Shown: in pieces, positions 1-13,739 of the stretch
Layout: each line of letters opens with the position of its first letter
Numbering within the stretch: the stretch's first letter is position 1
Origin: Selaginella moellendorffii
Lineage: Eukaryota > Plantae > Lycopodiophyta
Assembly (NCBI RefSeq): GCF_000143415.4
Contig: NW_003314261.1
Span: forward strand, 6,480,817-6,544,816
DNA: 64,000 bases
Reading direction: 5' to 3'
The notes under the pieces: generated by a model
Told to the model about the DNA's origin: nothing
The model's database searches: none
What the model saw: the letters and a program-made list of their open reading frames with translations, nothing else
Program-made: the position numbers and the translations under genes

Positions 1-3000
1 TGGATTCTCAATGGTGGTCCATTATGCTAAGCTTATGTTGGTACCTTGTTTCCTTAAGAGTTTGCCCATAAGGTGTTGGGAATGGGTTGTAGCATTCATT
101 TGCTATAGCTCATCTGTTGATCCGTTAACACTTGGAGTAGATTATTGGATGGAGAAGGTGTGAGATGGATGCATTGACATCGCTAGCACTTGTGTTAGTG
201 GAAGTGGCATTGTTGATTCGAGTGATGAGGAATTTTCCTTAGAGCTTGATTTTCCATGTCATTTTTCTTGTTAGTGTTTTGGCTTCACATTGGATCTTGA
301 AGGTGATTGAAGAAGAGTGTTAGTGCAATGTGGATATCCGAAGATGTGGTCTTCGTGATCAAGCCTTGGATGTTCATTTTGCACTTTGCGGATGTTGGAT
401 ATCGATTAAATGGGCAAAGATGTTCGATGCTTAGACGTATTGTTGGATCATGAGAATTTGTGTTGAGGTGAATCTATGTGAAGTAGTAGGTAGGCAGAAG
501 TTGGTTGAGTCTTGAAAGTTTGCATTCCTGGACTGAAAGTTATTCTTTCTCTAGGATAGAAAATTTTCACAAATTTTCTTAGACTTTTCCAATGGCTGAC
601 CTATTGATCATTTTGTCCGAAAACCATTCCATTTTCCAAAGCCAATACAAACTAGTGAAGGGGTTGGAGTTGACTTCGGTTGGCTTAGATCTTAGTAGGT
701 AGTTTGTATGATGCGACCCGAAAGGGATGCTAACTTTTGGGGCTAAAGCAATTGAGTTGGATAGAGTCTGAAGTTGGTGTAGAAAAGTGGCTGTTGCGCT
801 TTTCTAAGAAAGGTGACCCTTGTGCCTTTCTTTTGTAGCGTTGTGCTTGGTGGCAAGTTGCACCTTGCATTACGTTAGACTCTACGAGAGTAGTGAGCTC
901 TCACTGATCTTGACTTCGTCTTGGTGGCCTTGCGCCTTGGCTGAGGATGGTGATGTCCAACTTAGTTGTTTGAGGTTGAGATGTTAGTACCCGTACTATA
1001 GCTTTGTCTATGAGGAGGTTGTGTACCAATATGAGTCCATCTCATGGTCTTCACTTTAGTTTCGACTGAGTGTTGATCACATAGCTAGCCTCTTCAAGGC
1101 ATGCTCAGAGCTATTGACTAAATGCATTAGTGAGTTTATTGCGGTTGAGTTGGATTCGAGTGGTCATTTAGTTTGTGCTTGTCTATGAACTTTTATCTCG
1201 TACCTGGGGTATTATGTTCATATTGGACAAGTATGTGACTCGATGATATGAGTTGGTGTTTGGGTCTTGTGAACGCAAGTTGAAGAGTGATTGTTAGTTG
1301 CTTTGCGACTAGTGATTACTTGTAGACTTCATCAAGGACAGTTGACACTTGCTTTGCTCGATGATGATTTAGCAGTGATGGGCTTGCTTTACCGGATGGT
1401 GTTGCGGAGGATCGTGTCGTTAGACTTGCATAGGTTTTCTATGTTAGTATATCGATTCTATCTCTGTCGATATCATTTGGTTACGTTTAGTCCGTGGTGT
1501 TGGATTTCATTGAGTCTTGGATGTGGTGATTCACTCTTTGATGAAATGTTATCTGTAACTGAGTATTGCTGAAGGATTGGTCTCGGATACTAAGTATAGT
1601 ATCTTCGACTTTGGTTAGCTTAGTTGCTGGAAAGCTCCGAGTGGTGATTCAGTCTTGCTTTCTTCTAGCTTTGTCCTAATGTTGATGGCATTGAAGTGAT
1701 GCCTTGTCATTGATATTGTTGATATTGAGATCTGAGTGAAATGAGTTAGCAACTCTGTTGACGTTCAAATGAACTGAGTGGCAAGTTGAGTTAGTTGTGT
1801 TTTAGACGAGATTATTTAGTAGGGGTTGAGATTTGAGCTTTTCCTTGAAAAGTGATTTAGTCATGGACTATGCTAACTCTACAAGTGGGAGAGTTAGTGA
1901 TTGATGTTGGAATATTTTGAATCCTTATGGGATTTTAGTTGAAATATATCAATCATTGATGATTCTTCTTGTGCTTGCTATGAAGTGAGTTACGTCTTGC
2001 TATAGATGGATTCATGGAGGATCATTTAGTGATCACTTGTTGAGCATAGCTCCATTGTGCTTAGCTTTTGGATTGATGCAAAAATGCTTTTCATTAGCTT
2101 TGGCATTATGGAGTTTAGCTTATGGATGTGTTGAGGAAGATGTTGTGGGTTGTATCATGATTTCTTCTTTAGCATTGAAGTTAGCTTCTATGAGACTCGT
2201 GATCATTAATAGGCAAGACTTGGCTATAGGCTTCTTCGAACTTTTGGTTCCTTGAGTTTTCATGCTCATTGTTCCATTTGTTAGAAGTTGTTGGGGAAGG
2301 CATTTTGGTTCATTAGCTTCGATGTTGAAGTTGGCTTTGCATCTAGCAATCATTGGTGATGATTGATTATCATCTAGGGTAGTTGATTGTCCTTATCACA
2401 AGTTTTGCTTGATTATTGTTGGTTTGGAATTATTTTGCTATTCTTCGGGATGGTAGATTCTTTCTTCAACGATGATTATACATCACTACATTGATGGGCT
2501 AATTGACGATCTTTCATGATAGTTGGTTGTTCTCTTTGATGGCTTTTGGCTTTTCGCAATACCACATGTTCTTTGTGGTTTGCTCTGGATTGGTCTCTTG
2601 GGTTTGAGATGTCAGTAGGATGTTGCTGACACTTGCTTAGGCAACTTGAGTTCCTTGGTATTGTTGGCTGGGATATATTCAGATTGGCTTTTGTGATAGT
2701 TGGCAGGCATGAATGTTTGTTGGTTTTACCACATTCATTGTCTTTTGTTGATTGTTGCTCGAGTTAGTTTTGATAGATTTGGATGTTATTTCCTTTGGGT
2801 GATACATTCGTGAGCATTGTGCTTGTTAGTCAATGATACTTTGTGTTCTTTGAGTTCTCTCTAGTAAGTTGTTGGCTTACTGTCTACTCTCTTCGATAGT
2901 TAAGTTTCATCATTGAGTTTCCTTGATGATATACTAGCTATTGACTTTTGTTGGATGGTCATTCCTATGTTTGCCAAATTATGATGATCTTGGTGGTTCC

Positions 3001-4864
3001 TATCTACTATAATACTAGTTTATCAGATGATAACTTACTTGGAATACTTTTGTGTTCTAATCTAAGATATATTCACTGATATTTAAGACTCTCGGATATC
3101 ATTGTCTCTGACTTTGATATTGTCCATCTATTAATCTTTGAGTTTGGGCCAGTATAGGCAGACTGGCTTCGGCACTTCGTGTGCATGTTGAAATCTCTAG
3201 TCATGGGGTAGCTACTGTCGACTGGTCACATAACCCGCCTCTCTGTCGATGTTCCTTATTCCGTGAAAGGGCGTGACCGTGTAAACAACTCTACACTGCC
3301 TATTGACAGTAGTCTATCTAAACCTTACCGACGGGTTTGGTTTCTTTGCTCAGGAGGGTTGGGGCCTCTGGCTTTTCTCTCTATGTCCTTGCGGGTAGGG
3401 GCATATCACACTTTTGTAGCTGGGTGACACCCAGAGCAGCAAGGGTGGCTGACTCCGTTGGTCATTTCCTTGTCGGTGACGGCCGGAAGGTGTCTGAGCT
3501 GGTAGCGCATCCGCGTTAGACAAAGAGGTTGCCTCCTAACTCATTTAAGTTGGTGCATTTCTCACATAGTGTGAGTACCGTGAACTTTTTCTGGAGTTGT
3601 TTCTTTGGCGGTATTCTAGACTCGAGTGTGCATCGACGAGGACGTCGATCTTCTCTAGGGGGGGAGAGTGTCGCGAATGTAACTTCGGGTATCGAAAGTT
3701 ACCTGTCGACTAGTCCTTACGGACACTCTTACCTTACTGCCACGATGGCAGGAGGTCGGTATTGCTGGACCCTTTATTAGTCCCTCTTGTTCAAGTGTTA
3801 GTAAACTGGGCTTAGCACCTGTACTTAGCCAGATGGACATAAGGTAGGAACTCCTATGTGTTTCTAGCTGAGCATACTCGGCCTGGCTTTTAGTTCTCTT
3901 TTGCTCTGTCTTGCATTAGCTTGACAAGAACCCTCGCGTATTGAGATTAGTCCCTCAATATTGCTACATGATAGCTTACCGTGTCTGCCAAACACCCTCG
4001 CTATCATGCCCTTTGTGTTAATCTCATTTCGGTCCCAAATGCTATTTATGGAAAGTGTCCAGATTTGCTCATTTGGCATATCTACGGAATGTAGAGATCG
4101 GCTTGAACACGATGGTGTTCGTCCCGTGTCCAAATTCGCAATCTAAGGACATTCCATATTTAGTAAGTTTCGAGTTTGTCCCAGAGACTAACTCCTGATA
4201 CTAAGGGAGGCTTGGNNNNNNNNNNNNNNNNNNNNNNNNNNNNNNNNNNNNNNNNNNNNNNNNNNNNNNNNNNNNNNNNNNNNNNNNNNNNNNNNNNNNN
4301 NNNNNNNNNNNNNNNGGATTCCAAATGTATAGTAGGGATAGTGGGTAGGTCGGGCATGGCCGACCAACCTGAGGCATAGTCTAGCTCCCGCTTGCGTGCC
4401 TGTCCTTGTTCTGCGTCCGGCTTGGGTCTAAGCCCAAGTTCCATTCCATGCTAGCTGGTGGAGTACCCATATCCTCACGTTAGGCCACCGGTATGCCGAA
4501 ATAGCGCCAGACTCCGTTTGGCTCCGTTTTGCGTGTTGGTCCTGGCATTGGGATGCTGGTTGCTCCAGGACTGTTCCAAGTCGCTCCGGGCTCCTGTCCC
4601 TTCACTCCTTGGGCTATATGCTCGGGAGTTGCTCCGTGGTCCGGTTCCATCACTCCTTGGCTCCACGCTTGGGAGTTTGGCACCGTTCCTTCGTTCAGTG
4701 GCCCAAGGCCCTGAACCTCGGGTTCCTATGGACACGTGGCATGGACACATGGCATGTGACACATGGCATCTATCACGTGGCACAAAGAGGGTTTAGGTTC
4801 CGCTTCGTGGTGTTATCCTATGGTAAATCACCATAGGATAAAGGGTCAAAACCACGTGTGCTAC
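1..4864. mobile_element. Highly degenerate repeat, probably an LTR-retrotransposon remnant; 4316-4864 may be an LTR end
   Basis: No credible long ORFs and a strong G/T skew. The GC-richer block after the gap ends in ...GTGTGCTACA (CA) exactly where Gypsy gag sequence begins at 4865. Confidence 0.35.
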
Positions 4865-7254
4865 ACTTTCGCTTGGCACAACATTATAAAATGTTGCCTC
4901 TTCCACTTCTTGCACACATCCGTCATGTCCACTTCCTGTGAAAGATAGTCCTATTCCAATAGAGGTTAATGCTACTATTGCTCAAGTTCAAGGACAAGGG
5001 TGAGGATGTGGTTGTGGCCATGATATTTGTTGTTGGGTGTGTGATAAAGTTGGTGATACTTATCGGTATTGTCGGCATTTTCTGGATTGGTAGCCTCTAT
5101 TTCCTAGGTGGAGACTATTGCTGAAGTCATCAATGTCATCTATCATCTGATTTGTAGACTATGACCGGGTGTCCATAGATCTCAAAGAAATATTGACGAC
5201 TCCTCCAGTTTTGGCATATCTTAATTACGCTTGGCCTTTTATTTTGCACATAAATGTTTCTGATATTAGTCTTGGAGGTGTGTTGATACAAGAGCCTGAC
5301 TGTGCTTGGTCAGCACTATCCCATTGCATATATAAGTCATACATTACAACTAACAGAGGTGAACTATTCCATAATAGAGAAAGAGTGTTTAGTAGCAGTC
5401 TGGGGTTTCAATAAACTTCATGCATATCTACATGGTTCTCGAATGTTACTAAAAGATGATCATACTACTGTTACTTCATTATTGAAGCAGAAAAACTTAA
5501 TTCGTCATATTGCTCGGTGGGCTTTGAAACTTCAAATATATAATTTTGATGTTGTTCATCGCCCAAAGAGTTCTATGGCTGATATTAATACCTGTTATTC
5601 CAACATCTATAGATTTTCTAGACAATGATTCTGTGCCACCAGCAATTGTTGTACTTAATGTTTAGTGTCCACAAAGTGCAAAGTAAGATCTATCTTCTCT
5701 TAATGAGGTTCACAAGACTCAAAAGATTGAGCCGTGGATTCAAAGGCTTTGAGATGGGTTTGAGAATCTTATATCACTTATTGATGACTTGCCATTCTGG
5801 CATTTACATTCTCAATATCATATTAAAGACGGCTTTATTTATTTTGTGGGAATGGATTTTGATGATCATTTATGACAAGTGGTGCCTTCAATCTTTATTT
5901 CATGGTTTCTCCATAACTACCATGATTCTCCTATTCTAGGCATGCATATGGGACATTGTCGTATGACTAAGAAACTGCAGAGGTTTTTCTATTGGCCAGA
6001 AATATTACATGATATTATCTAGTATGTGCATAGTTACGTTTAGTGCAAAGCTCATGGCACTCCCCTTGTGCTATAGAAGGATGGTTGGAGTCAATTGCAA
6101 TTTCCCATTCATTTGAGTTAGTGGCATTTAATCTTATGGGACCTTTTCCACAATCAATTGCTGGCAATGAGTATGTTAGTATTGCTTTTGACTATTTGAC
6201 TTGTTAAGTGGAAGTTAGTGCTCTTGTTAATGCCTCTGTAACTGCTGTTGGATACTTCCTCCTCAATTGAGTGGTGTTTCAACATTCTTGTTCAGATTGG
6301 ATTCTTTCAGATAATAGTCTTACATTTATGGTTGAAGCATTTTATGTTTTGACATTTTGGTTAGGGATACACCACACTTTCATAAGTGCTTATCATCCAC
6401 AATTATACGGTTTAGTGGAACGGCTCATTTAGACATTCAAAAGGATGATCATAAAGTATATGAACTTTCAGTATTTGGATTGAGATGATTATTTGCTATC
6501 TCTTCGGTATACATATATTATAGGGGTGCAAAGTTCTATTAGTGCTTCACCATATAAACTTCTATATAATCATTATTTAATATTACTATTAGAGTTGGGT
6601 TTATTGTCATAATTGCCACGAACTACCAATGCTAAGTCGTGAGATTAGTATTTAACAAACATTCTTCCACTTGTCTGACTAAAGTCTACTGAACACCTAA
6701 ACCACATACAAGTGGGACAACAATAGCACTATAACTCTTATCATCATTCACTTGTAGAGTACAAAGTGGATGATTTAGTGTTAGTCTATTTTCCCCATCT
6801 TACAATATATGGTTTATTTAAAGAGCTCCTTACTTAGTGGAAAGGATTGTATTAGATGTTATGACAAGTTGAATCTCAAGTTTATGAGGTCTAATATGAT
6901 GTTCAATAGGCCAATCCTTCATAAATTGTATATATGCAATGGTTAAAACACTTTGTACAAAAGGATTAAAAACAATTAATACCACCTATAGATCCACTAA
7001 TGCCTCATCCTAATGTTCTTCCAAATTCTAGCCTATCTATAAAAGAACATTAATGATCTTTCATTATTTTGAGATGAAGGGATGATGTGAAGTCCAAATG
7101 TATAACTATGATATTGTATATTAATATTAGTGTAATTAAATTTTAGTAGCCATTAAATTGATTTTAATCTCAACCACCCACTTTTATATATAATCTAGAA
7201 TTTTGGGTTAATTGATATTTTTTATATTCCTTTTCCATATTCCATGCACTCACG
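4865..7254 (+). mobile_element. Truncated Ty3/Gypsy LTR retrotransposon: gag fragment, RNase H, integrase, PPT and 3' LTR
   Basis: RNase H motifs LTTPPVLAY...PFILH, PIAYISH...NYSIIEKECL and IARWALKLQIYNFDVVHRP. Decayed integrase at 5900-6960. Purine tract GAGATGAAGGGATGA precedes a TGTGA...CTCACG LTR (7086-7254). Same family as the element at 16757-54140. Confidence 0.85.
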
Positions 7255-7314
7255 GACATGCCAACAGTTTCTTGATTGTCCAAGAAATATAAATCTAAGG
7301 CTTAAGAATTAAAT

Positions 7315-8280
7315 TCAAATTAAATGGTAATGAGGAATTGGAGAAGATGAGCTTTGCGTTCTTCTTGGCGAGGTTCTTTGAGCGACTTTGGGCGGCGAGT
7401 TTGACTCAATCCTTGGGGAAATTAATGGAGAATTCTTGGCAGTGGTTGGAGAAGTGCTTCTGGATGCTGCAATGCAATTGAGCGCCCAAAACATGTAAGA
7501 TCCCAGTGCAGAAGTAATCTGTGAAAGAACTTACATTGGTGGAGGAGTGCGCTCTCAATGTTCTTCATCCGGACCCGGATGATCTGCAAGGTGGACGAGA
7601 GTGACAAAACCCTCTTCCGAAGGCCGTGAACTCGTGCCGAGTCTTGAGCGAGAAATGGCATCGGTGTATCTTCTAGCAACTTGTCGAGCACTAGAAAAAG
7701 GAAAACAACAGTTAAAAGGACTTTGTGACTCGGGAGACTACAAAAGCAATGCAAACGAAAAGAGACAGGCAACAAGAAAAAAGCTAGAGCAATGAGAAAG
7801 AAGAGACGAAAAGGAATTGCAATGCATCACCTCTTTTCAAAGGTAAAGTTGATCGAAGGGCACACCTCGAGTGAGGCGATCGATGCTGAGCGCCAGCGAG
7901 TCCTGGCTCGCCAATGCCGCCTCGAATTTGGAATCAGCGTCGTGGATCACGCCCTTGAGCACCGCCGCTCGCCCCGTGCCGATAACATCCACCGGACTAG
8001 TCCCACTGCTCTCCCCTCGCGCAAAAATACCAGCGGAAGATCCATCGTCCCCAGCTCCTCCTGATTCCGACGCAGTAGCGCCTCCGTGATCAAAATCTCC
8101 CTCCTTTCTCTGTATTGAGCTGATCTCCACATTGGGATCGCTGTAAACCCTAGAATTCAAAGCCATGGGATCCAAATCCCCCTTTTCTTCCAATCTGTTA
8201 CTCCCAGATCCTTCATCGCCACCGCCGGAACGATCACCTTCCGGATCCATCCGCTCACTGCCATAAACCCTAGAATCCAT
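7315..8280 (-). CDS. Snapin-like / BLOC-1 subunit coiled-coil protein (probable exons 8280-7866, 7690-7535, 7466-7315)
   Basis: The spliced sequence VLKGVIHDADSKFEAALASQDSLALSIDRLTR|VLDKLLEDTPMPFLAQDSARVHGLRKRV resembles plant SNARE-associated Snapin. GT-AG sites are in phase. The last exon is less certain. Confidence 0.7.
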
Positions 8281-8458
8281 TAAAGTTTCCTTTCATTGTT
8301 TTTCCTTTTATCTTTATAACAGACACTTCACAGAAGAGTTTCTCCTCTCAAGTCAAGCTCTTCGTAGCTATAGTATCGATCTTTCCTGTCAAGAAGGAAA
8401 AAGAAGAGCGAAAAATTTTCTCTATGGTTTGTAGCTCTATCAATCAATCAATCACTCG

Positions 8459-10485
8459 CTACATACCTTGTCCCTGAGGCTTGATGGTGAGCTCGGCTCT
8501 CAAGTGGAGGACGTTTTGATGGAAGTAATCGCTGTCGTCCTTCATGAGCTCTTGCCACGGGCACGAGAAGAGGTTCCTGTATCCTACAGCCTTTCCTCCG
8601 GTGAAGACGTAGTTCCCCTTCACTCTGGGAGCAAACTTCCACTCCTCCTGCTTGGACCGTGCCGCGAACTCGTACTCCACCGCAAAGCTCACCGAGCCTT
8701 TCTCTTGCATCCCCAGGAACAATCCAAAGCAGTGAGCCGCGGTTTGCTGATCCACGCTGCAGTGGGCCGAGAGGAAGAAGCACTGGCCCCCGAGATGAAA
8801 TGCCTGAGAGTAGACTCGTCCCTGTGGCCACAGCGTCAGGCACTCTTCCTTGCGGAGGTCCAGAAAAACCAGGCACTGCTGATACGGTGCGTCGAACTCC
8901 ACCACCTTGACTGGCCTGTACTTGTAAGCCCGCTCGCTGAAACGCTTGTGCACGATCTCCTCCACCATGATGTGCTTCTGGCGGTGTGGCGGCTCGGCCT
9001 TGAAAGACAGCGCTTCCATCACCAGCTTCGACGCCAGGTCGTGCTCGATGTCGTTGCAAACCAAAACCTTTCGGAGCTTCCGGCTGGACATCATTGGGAA
9101 GCGAATGAGCCACACGAGTTTGCTCCGGAAGATCTCCCGTCTTTCCTCTATCTTGGCGTAGTGCGCTCTGGCCCACTTTAGCACAAAGTCGTAGACTGCA
9201 TCCTCGGACGCAACCTGGAGGTCGTCACTGGATAGCACGGCCTCCAAACCGGCCAGCGGTAAATGCATAACGTCCTCATGGAACCTGCGAACAGTAGTAA
9301 CTTATAGTCACACCATAGCGAAGATGAACTCCAAACCTTCCAATGTCTTTGTACCGATCTGCCAGGAATGCTTTCGCAGCGTCTGTGAGTGACTGAACCG
9401 CATCAGGCAGAAGCACGGATGACGGCAAGTCGAGGTACACGAGTGCCGATTCGGGAGTCATTTGCAACTCTCGTAGTAATCTGCTACAGTGCCGCATGCA
9501 CGTTGCGACTTCAAACTTATCGGCCGCAACCAAAACGTCGAGCAATGCCGGAGCTGTGTTTGCCTGCAAGCCGCCAGTGTACATAAATTGCAACATGTCC
9601 ATTACTGGCACCTCTTCTGCAATATAATGGCCAGCTTATATAACGCCGTGGTGCGCAGGTCATCGAGCAATGTACCTGAATCGGTAATGCGCAAAGTAAC
9701 TGCCTTTTGCTCCGACTCACGCATACCATTGGAAAAGAGCTGCCATAAGGTACTTAGAACAAGAGAGGAGAAAAGGATTCAAAACAGCAATCCCAACAAC
9801 GTACTTTGTAGAAAAAACGACTCTTAGCAGCGAGAATTGCCGAGCTGATATGAATCGTTTTGACCCGCAACACAGTTGAACTCTCTGAATTCCAGGAAGA
9901 GGTGCTTTGCATCTGATCCTGGTCTTCCGCTGTAAAAAACCATAGCTTCTTCGTTCATGTCAAGATCAAAGGACCAAGACTTACCTGGTGGACTTCCAGC
10001 CATTGACGTAGGAGACTCCTCGATCATGACGTCCCCTTCCTCTTCCGCGTCGTCTGGCTCTGGTTGGGTTCCAGTCATAATTTGCTCCTCTTGACCACCA
10101 CCAAGACCCACCATCACGCAAACATTCTCAAATGCTGTAGAAGAGAAGAAGAGAAAACAATGTAAGACAAAGAACAAAACAACCATCAACGAGAAATCCA
10201 CAACTAACAAACACCAAACGAAAGATAGAAAGAAAGGCAAGAAAAAAGAGTACCTTTATCCTTGGCATCGGCTCCACGCCTACGCTTCTTCTGCCGTGCC
10301 CAAGCACCGACTGTGGAGCAAGGCTCTCCGGAGGACTTCGCCTCTCCAGACGCCCCCGCGACAATCTCAATGTGGAGGACGCGATCCGAGAAATTACTGT
10401 CATTGAAGGCAAATGCGAAGCTAGGACTCGTCCCTCCACTGCACGTATCCGTGTCCATCAATCCAGCCTTAGAATCCGATGCCAC
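8459..10485 (-). CDS. POB1: BTB/POZ-BACK domain protein, POB1/LRB family CUL3 adaptor (multi-exon)
   Basis: N-terminal [19 protein letters not shown]; BTB segment [24 protein letters not shown]; BACK segment [32 protein letters not shown]; C-terminal [20 protein letters not shown] and [15 protein letters not shown]...[10 protein letters not shown]. Confidence 0.93.
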
Positions 10486-10843
10486 AATCCAGCAAGATCA
10501 GCGCCCGGACGAAGCTCGATTCCTCGGCAATTGCCCGAAGAGAAGGAGCGCAACTTACACAGCCGGAATCACCGATGCAGCTCTCATGTCACCACGCGCG
10601 GCATCGCCATCGCCGCTACGCCCCAACGCTCCACGAAGAACTAAAACCCTAGCGCGCTTAGCACCAATGTGGGAGAGCCCGGGGGCCACATACGGTACAC
10701 GTGGCGCCACCGTCCCCGTCCAAGTTGGGCTACTGTTAAAGAAGGCTGGATATTCCGTGCGCTATAAAATATACCCAGCCCGCCACTTTTGAAAAAATGG
10801 AAGGAGGGCCCGTCAAGCCCGTCAAGCCCGTCAATCAGGAGCT
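10486..10843. promoter_or_regulatory. Short bidirectional promoter between the head-to-head POB1-like and HIRIP3-like genes
   Basis: About 360 bp separate the two ATGs. Contains a telo-box AAACCCTAG (~10645), CACGTG (~10698), TATAAAA (~10763) and three GCCCGTCAA repeats (~10808-10834). Confidence 0.5.
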
Positions 10844-12596
10844 ATGGCTATGGCGGCCATGGCGGAAGCAGCGGCCGCGGCGATGGAGGCCGAGAAAAGC
10901 GAGAAAGAAAGGAATGGCGAGCTGGAGCTTGATCTAACGCAGCGGGTCGAGAGCGCGGTCACTGCCCGCGCGACTTACATCAAGGAGCACGCTGAGTAAG
11001 CTTCTCTTGTCTGTGGAAACCCTCTTTTTCATTTGTTTAGCGATGATCTAGGTCGCTCACGATGGTTAGCTTCCGGCGCCTGCTGGAGGAGGATCTAGGC
11101 CTCGAAACCACTGCGCTAGATCCTCACAAGAAGAAGATCAAGGAGCTAGTGGATCACGTAAGTTTTATTTTCGTTTTTTGTTTCGACGGATCGTCATTCT
11201 TTTTTTTTTTGCTCATCCCAGATCATGAATGCTGATGATCCAGAAGTCACCGAAGCTGTAATCAGAGATGCTCTCGCTAAAAGGAGTTCTTATCTCAAAA
11301 CCGACTCACGGTACGTTTATTTCGCGTGGTTTTCTTCCTTTGCTCTTATCCTTCTTGTGACTCCTTTGCAGGAACATGAAGCTCGAACGAGTCAGACGTC
11401 TTTTGGAGGAAGATTTGGGTCTACAAAATTTTGCTCTTGACACAAAAAAGGAACTCGTAAAGTCTCTCCTTGACGAGGTTTGTAAGATCCTTTTCTCAAT
11501 GTGGCTTGATAATTTGTGTTTTTCCAAAAGGTTCTCAATACTTCGGATGTTACTAAAGAAGAAGAGCATAGTGCTTCCGAAGTGGAAGCGCTGGAGACGG
11601 AGACAGGGACAGCCGCAGAAGTTAACGAAGAGAAGAAAAGAAAGCTACAAAGCGCGGAAAAGTCGAGAAAGAAGAAAAGACTCGTTAAAAAGCTGGAGGA
11701 AACCGATGAATCTGAAAGGGAGGATTCAGAGGAGAATAAACCCCGCAAAAGGAAGTCAGGAAAGAAGAAAGCAATCGTAAAGGATTCCGAGGACGAGGAC
11801 GAGGATGAGCGAAAATCAAGCAACCCAAAATCGAGCAAGGATGAAGTACACGCAAAGAAACCAGAGGAAACCGAGGCCGAGGATACAAAGGAATACAATA
11901 CCGATAGTGATGAGAGTCCTGCGAAGAAGACGCCAAAGGTATAGTTAACATTTTTACTCGTCTCTCGCTTCAGCTGTGATCATTCATCTATTGCAGAAGA
12001 AGGCTGCGAAAGCGCCGGAATCAAAACCGGTTGTAAGTAAGGTCGTGGAGCAACTAAAGCAGATGATCAAGGCCTCTGGAATAAAGTAAGTCATTTGTTT
12101 GTGCTGCTCAAACAACACGGGTAATAATTTGTTTTTGTTTTCTTCGCAGTATCCCTCCTTCCGTTTACAAACGGGTGAAGCAAGTGCCAGAGTCAAAGCG
12201 GGAGAGTTCGCTGATTAAAGAGCTCGAGAGCATTTTGCAGAAGGAGGGATTGAACAGGAACTCATCGGAGAAAGGTAAATCAAATCCAAGACTACGCATG
12301 TCTCTTATCTGAGTTGTGTCCCTTGTTTGTAGAGCTCAAGGCCGTGAGAAAAAAGAAAGACAAGCAAAAAGACCTCGAAGGAATTGATGTAGGTAATATC
12401 ATCACAGAGGGGAGGGGGAGGAGGCAAGCAAACTTGTTTTACGAGCCACTCCCTTTTGCGAAGAAGAAGAGGAACAAGACCGTTCTCTCTGACGACGAGG
12501 AGAGCAGCAAGAGCGAAGGTAAGTCGTCCTGTTTTCCTTTTGCTACTTTGGCGAGCTTTGTTTCATGCAGAAGAGAAGAAGCAAGGCGGCGAGTAA
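10844..12596 (+). CDS. DEK-C repeat / CHZ histone-chaperone domain protein (HIRIP3-like), multi-exon
   Basis: Two [10 protein letters not shown]...LD..K DEK-C-like repeats, a Lys/Glu-rich linker and a C-terminal [28 protein letters not shown]-like motif. Many short GT-AG introns. Confidence 0.8.
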
Positions 12597-12949
12597 GCAT
12601 CTGCGGCGTTCCCATCGATGAATTCCATAGCTCGTGCCAAAGAGTTTGAAGAGATTTACTCAATCATGGTAAAGACTATAGCTCAATCGTAACTTCTCAA
12701 AGCCTAAGCTTTTTGTTTTTCAGGAAGTTTGATCCAATCGAGACCTTGTATTATAGCCACAGAAAATCCGACCCGAAGTAAAACTTTGAACTTAAAGCTC
12801 GGAAGAATATCCTAGGGTTTAGGGAGTAAGATCGACGCGCTCTTAAAACTCCTCAACAAGGATGCCTGGGCACAGATTCTAGCAGCTCGCACCGGAGGCG
12901 AGAAAAATCCCCTCGCTCCTAACGTTTGCGGTGATGAGAATGTACGCAA

Positions 12950-13730
12950 AAGTTGGCAGCATCCAATGCTTTCGAGAATGAAGGCTTGGACGACGATGCT
13001 CCTGGCGCTGGCCAAGGAAGGAGCGCCGCCGGACGAGGACACTTACGTTCTCGTCGCTCAGAAATCCAGGAACATCACGGTGGACGAAGCCAAGGAACTG
13101 CAGAGGCTAGTCCAGGAGAAGATTGGGGTGAGCGCCAAAGTCGGGCGGAGAAGTTCGGAAGTATGATCCTTGCTCGGGTGTGCTACGATGCGATCGAGGA
13201 CAAGGTGGTATCGGCGATGACCAAGGGATACCTGGCTCTCAATCAACACAGGGGCGCGAACGACATTGCTCACGACATGCTGGACAAGGGGGGTGGATGG
13301 TGCCGCTCCAGGTAAACGTGGTTATCGCTGCTGCAAGTCTCAGAACGATGCTCCGCGGACGCAGCGCGTGGAAGAGATCATCATGAAGATCTTGATCCGC
13401 TGGGAACCGGAGCTCACAGGGAGTGGGAGGAGGCCAAGCGGGTGAGGAAGCTCATGACGGACAGGGGGATCAAGAAAGAGCCCGGCAAGAGTGATCAGCA
13501 TCAAGAGCACGGTCGCTCGCACCCGCACACGATGGAGATTTACGCCGAGGTGGACAGGATCCAGGAGATACGTTCTTCATGACGTTCCAGAGGACAAGAG
13601 GGCGATGGCTGCAGCCACTGACTTGCGGGTGTGTGGAGACTGCCGATCGCGAGTGGGAGCGCTGGGGGATTAATTAGGTGCCATCTCATCGCCCTCCACC
13701 ACAATCTCACGAGCTGGAGCAATCCACCGT
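12950..13730 (+). pseudogene. Fragmented PPR (E/DYW-type) pseudogene
   Basis: Frameshifted pieces KAWTTMLLALAKEG, KVVSAMTKGY, LMTDRGIKKEPGKS and YVLHDVPED...LRVCGDC match PPR E/DYW motifs. Confidence 0.7.
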
Positions 13731-13739
13731 ACGCTTTGA

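Noticed and set aside
8448-9181. Overlapping 242-aa and 237-aa ORFs
   Set aside because: Shadow frames of the GC-rich POB1-like exon.
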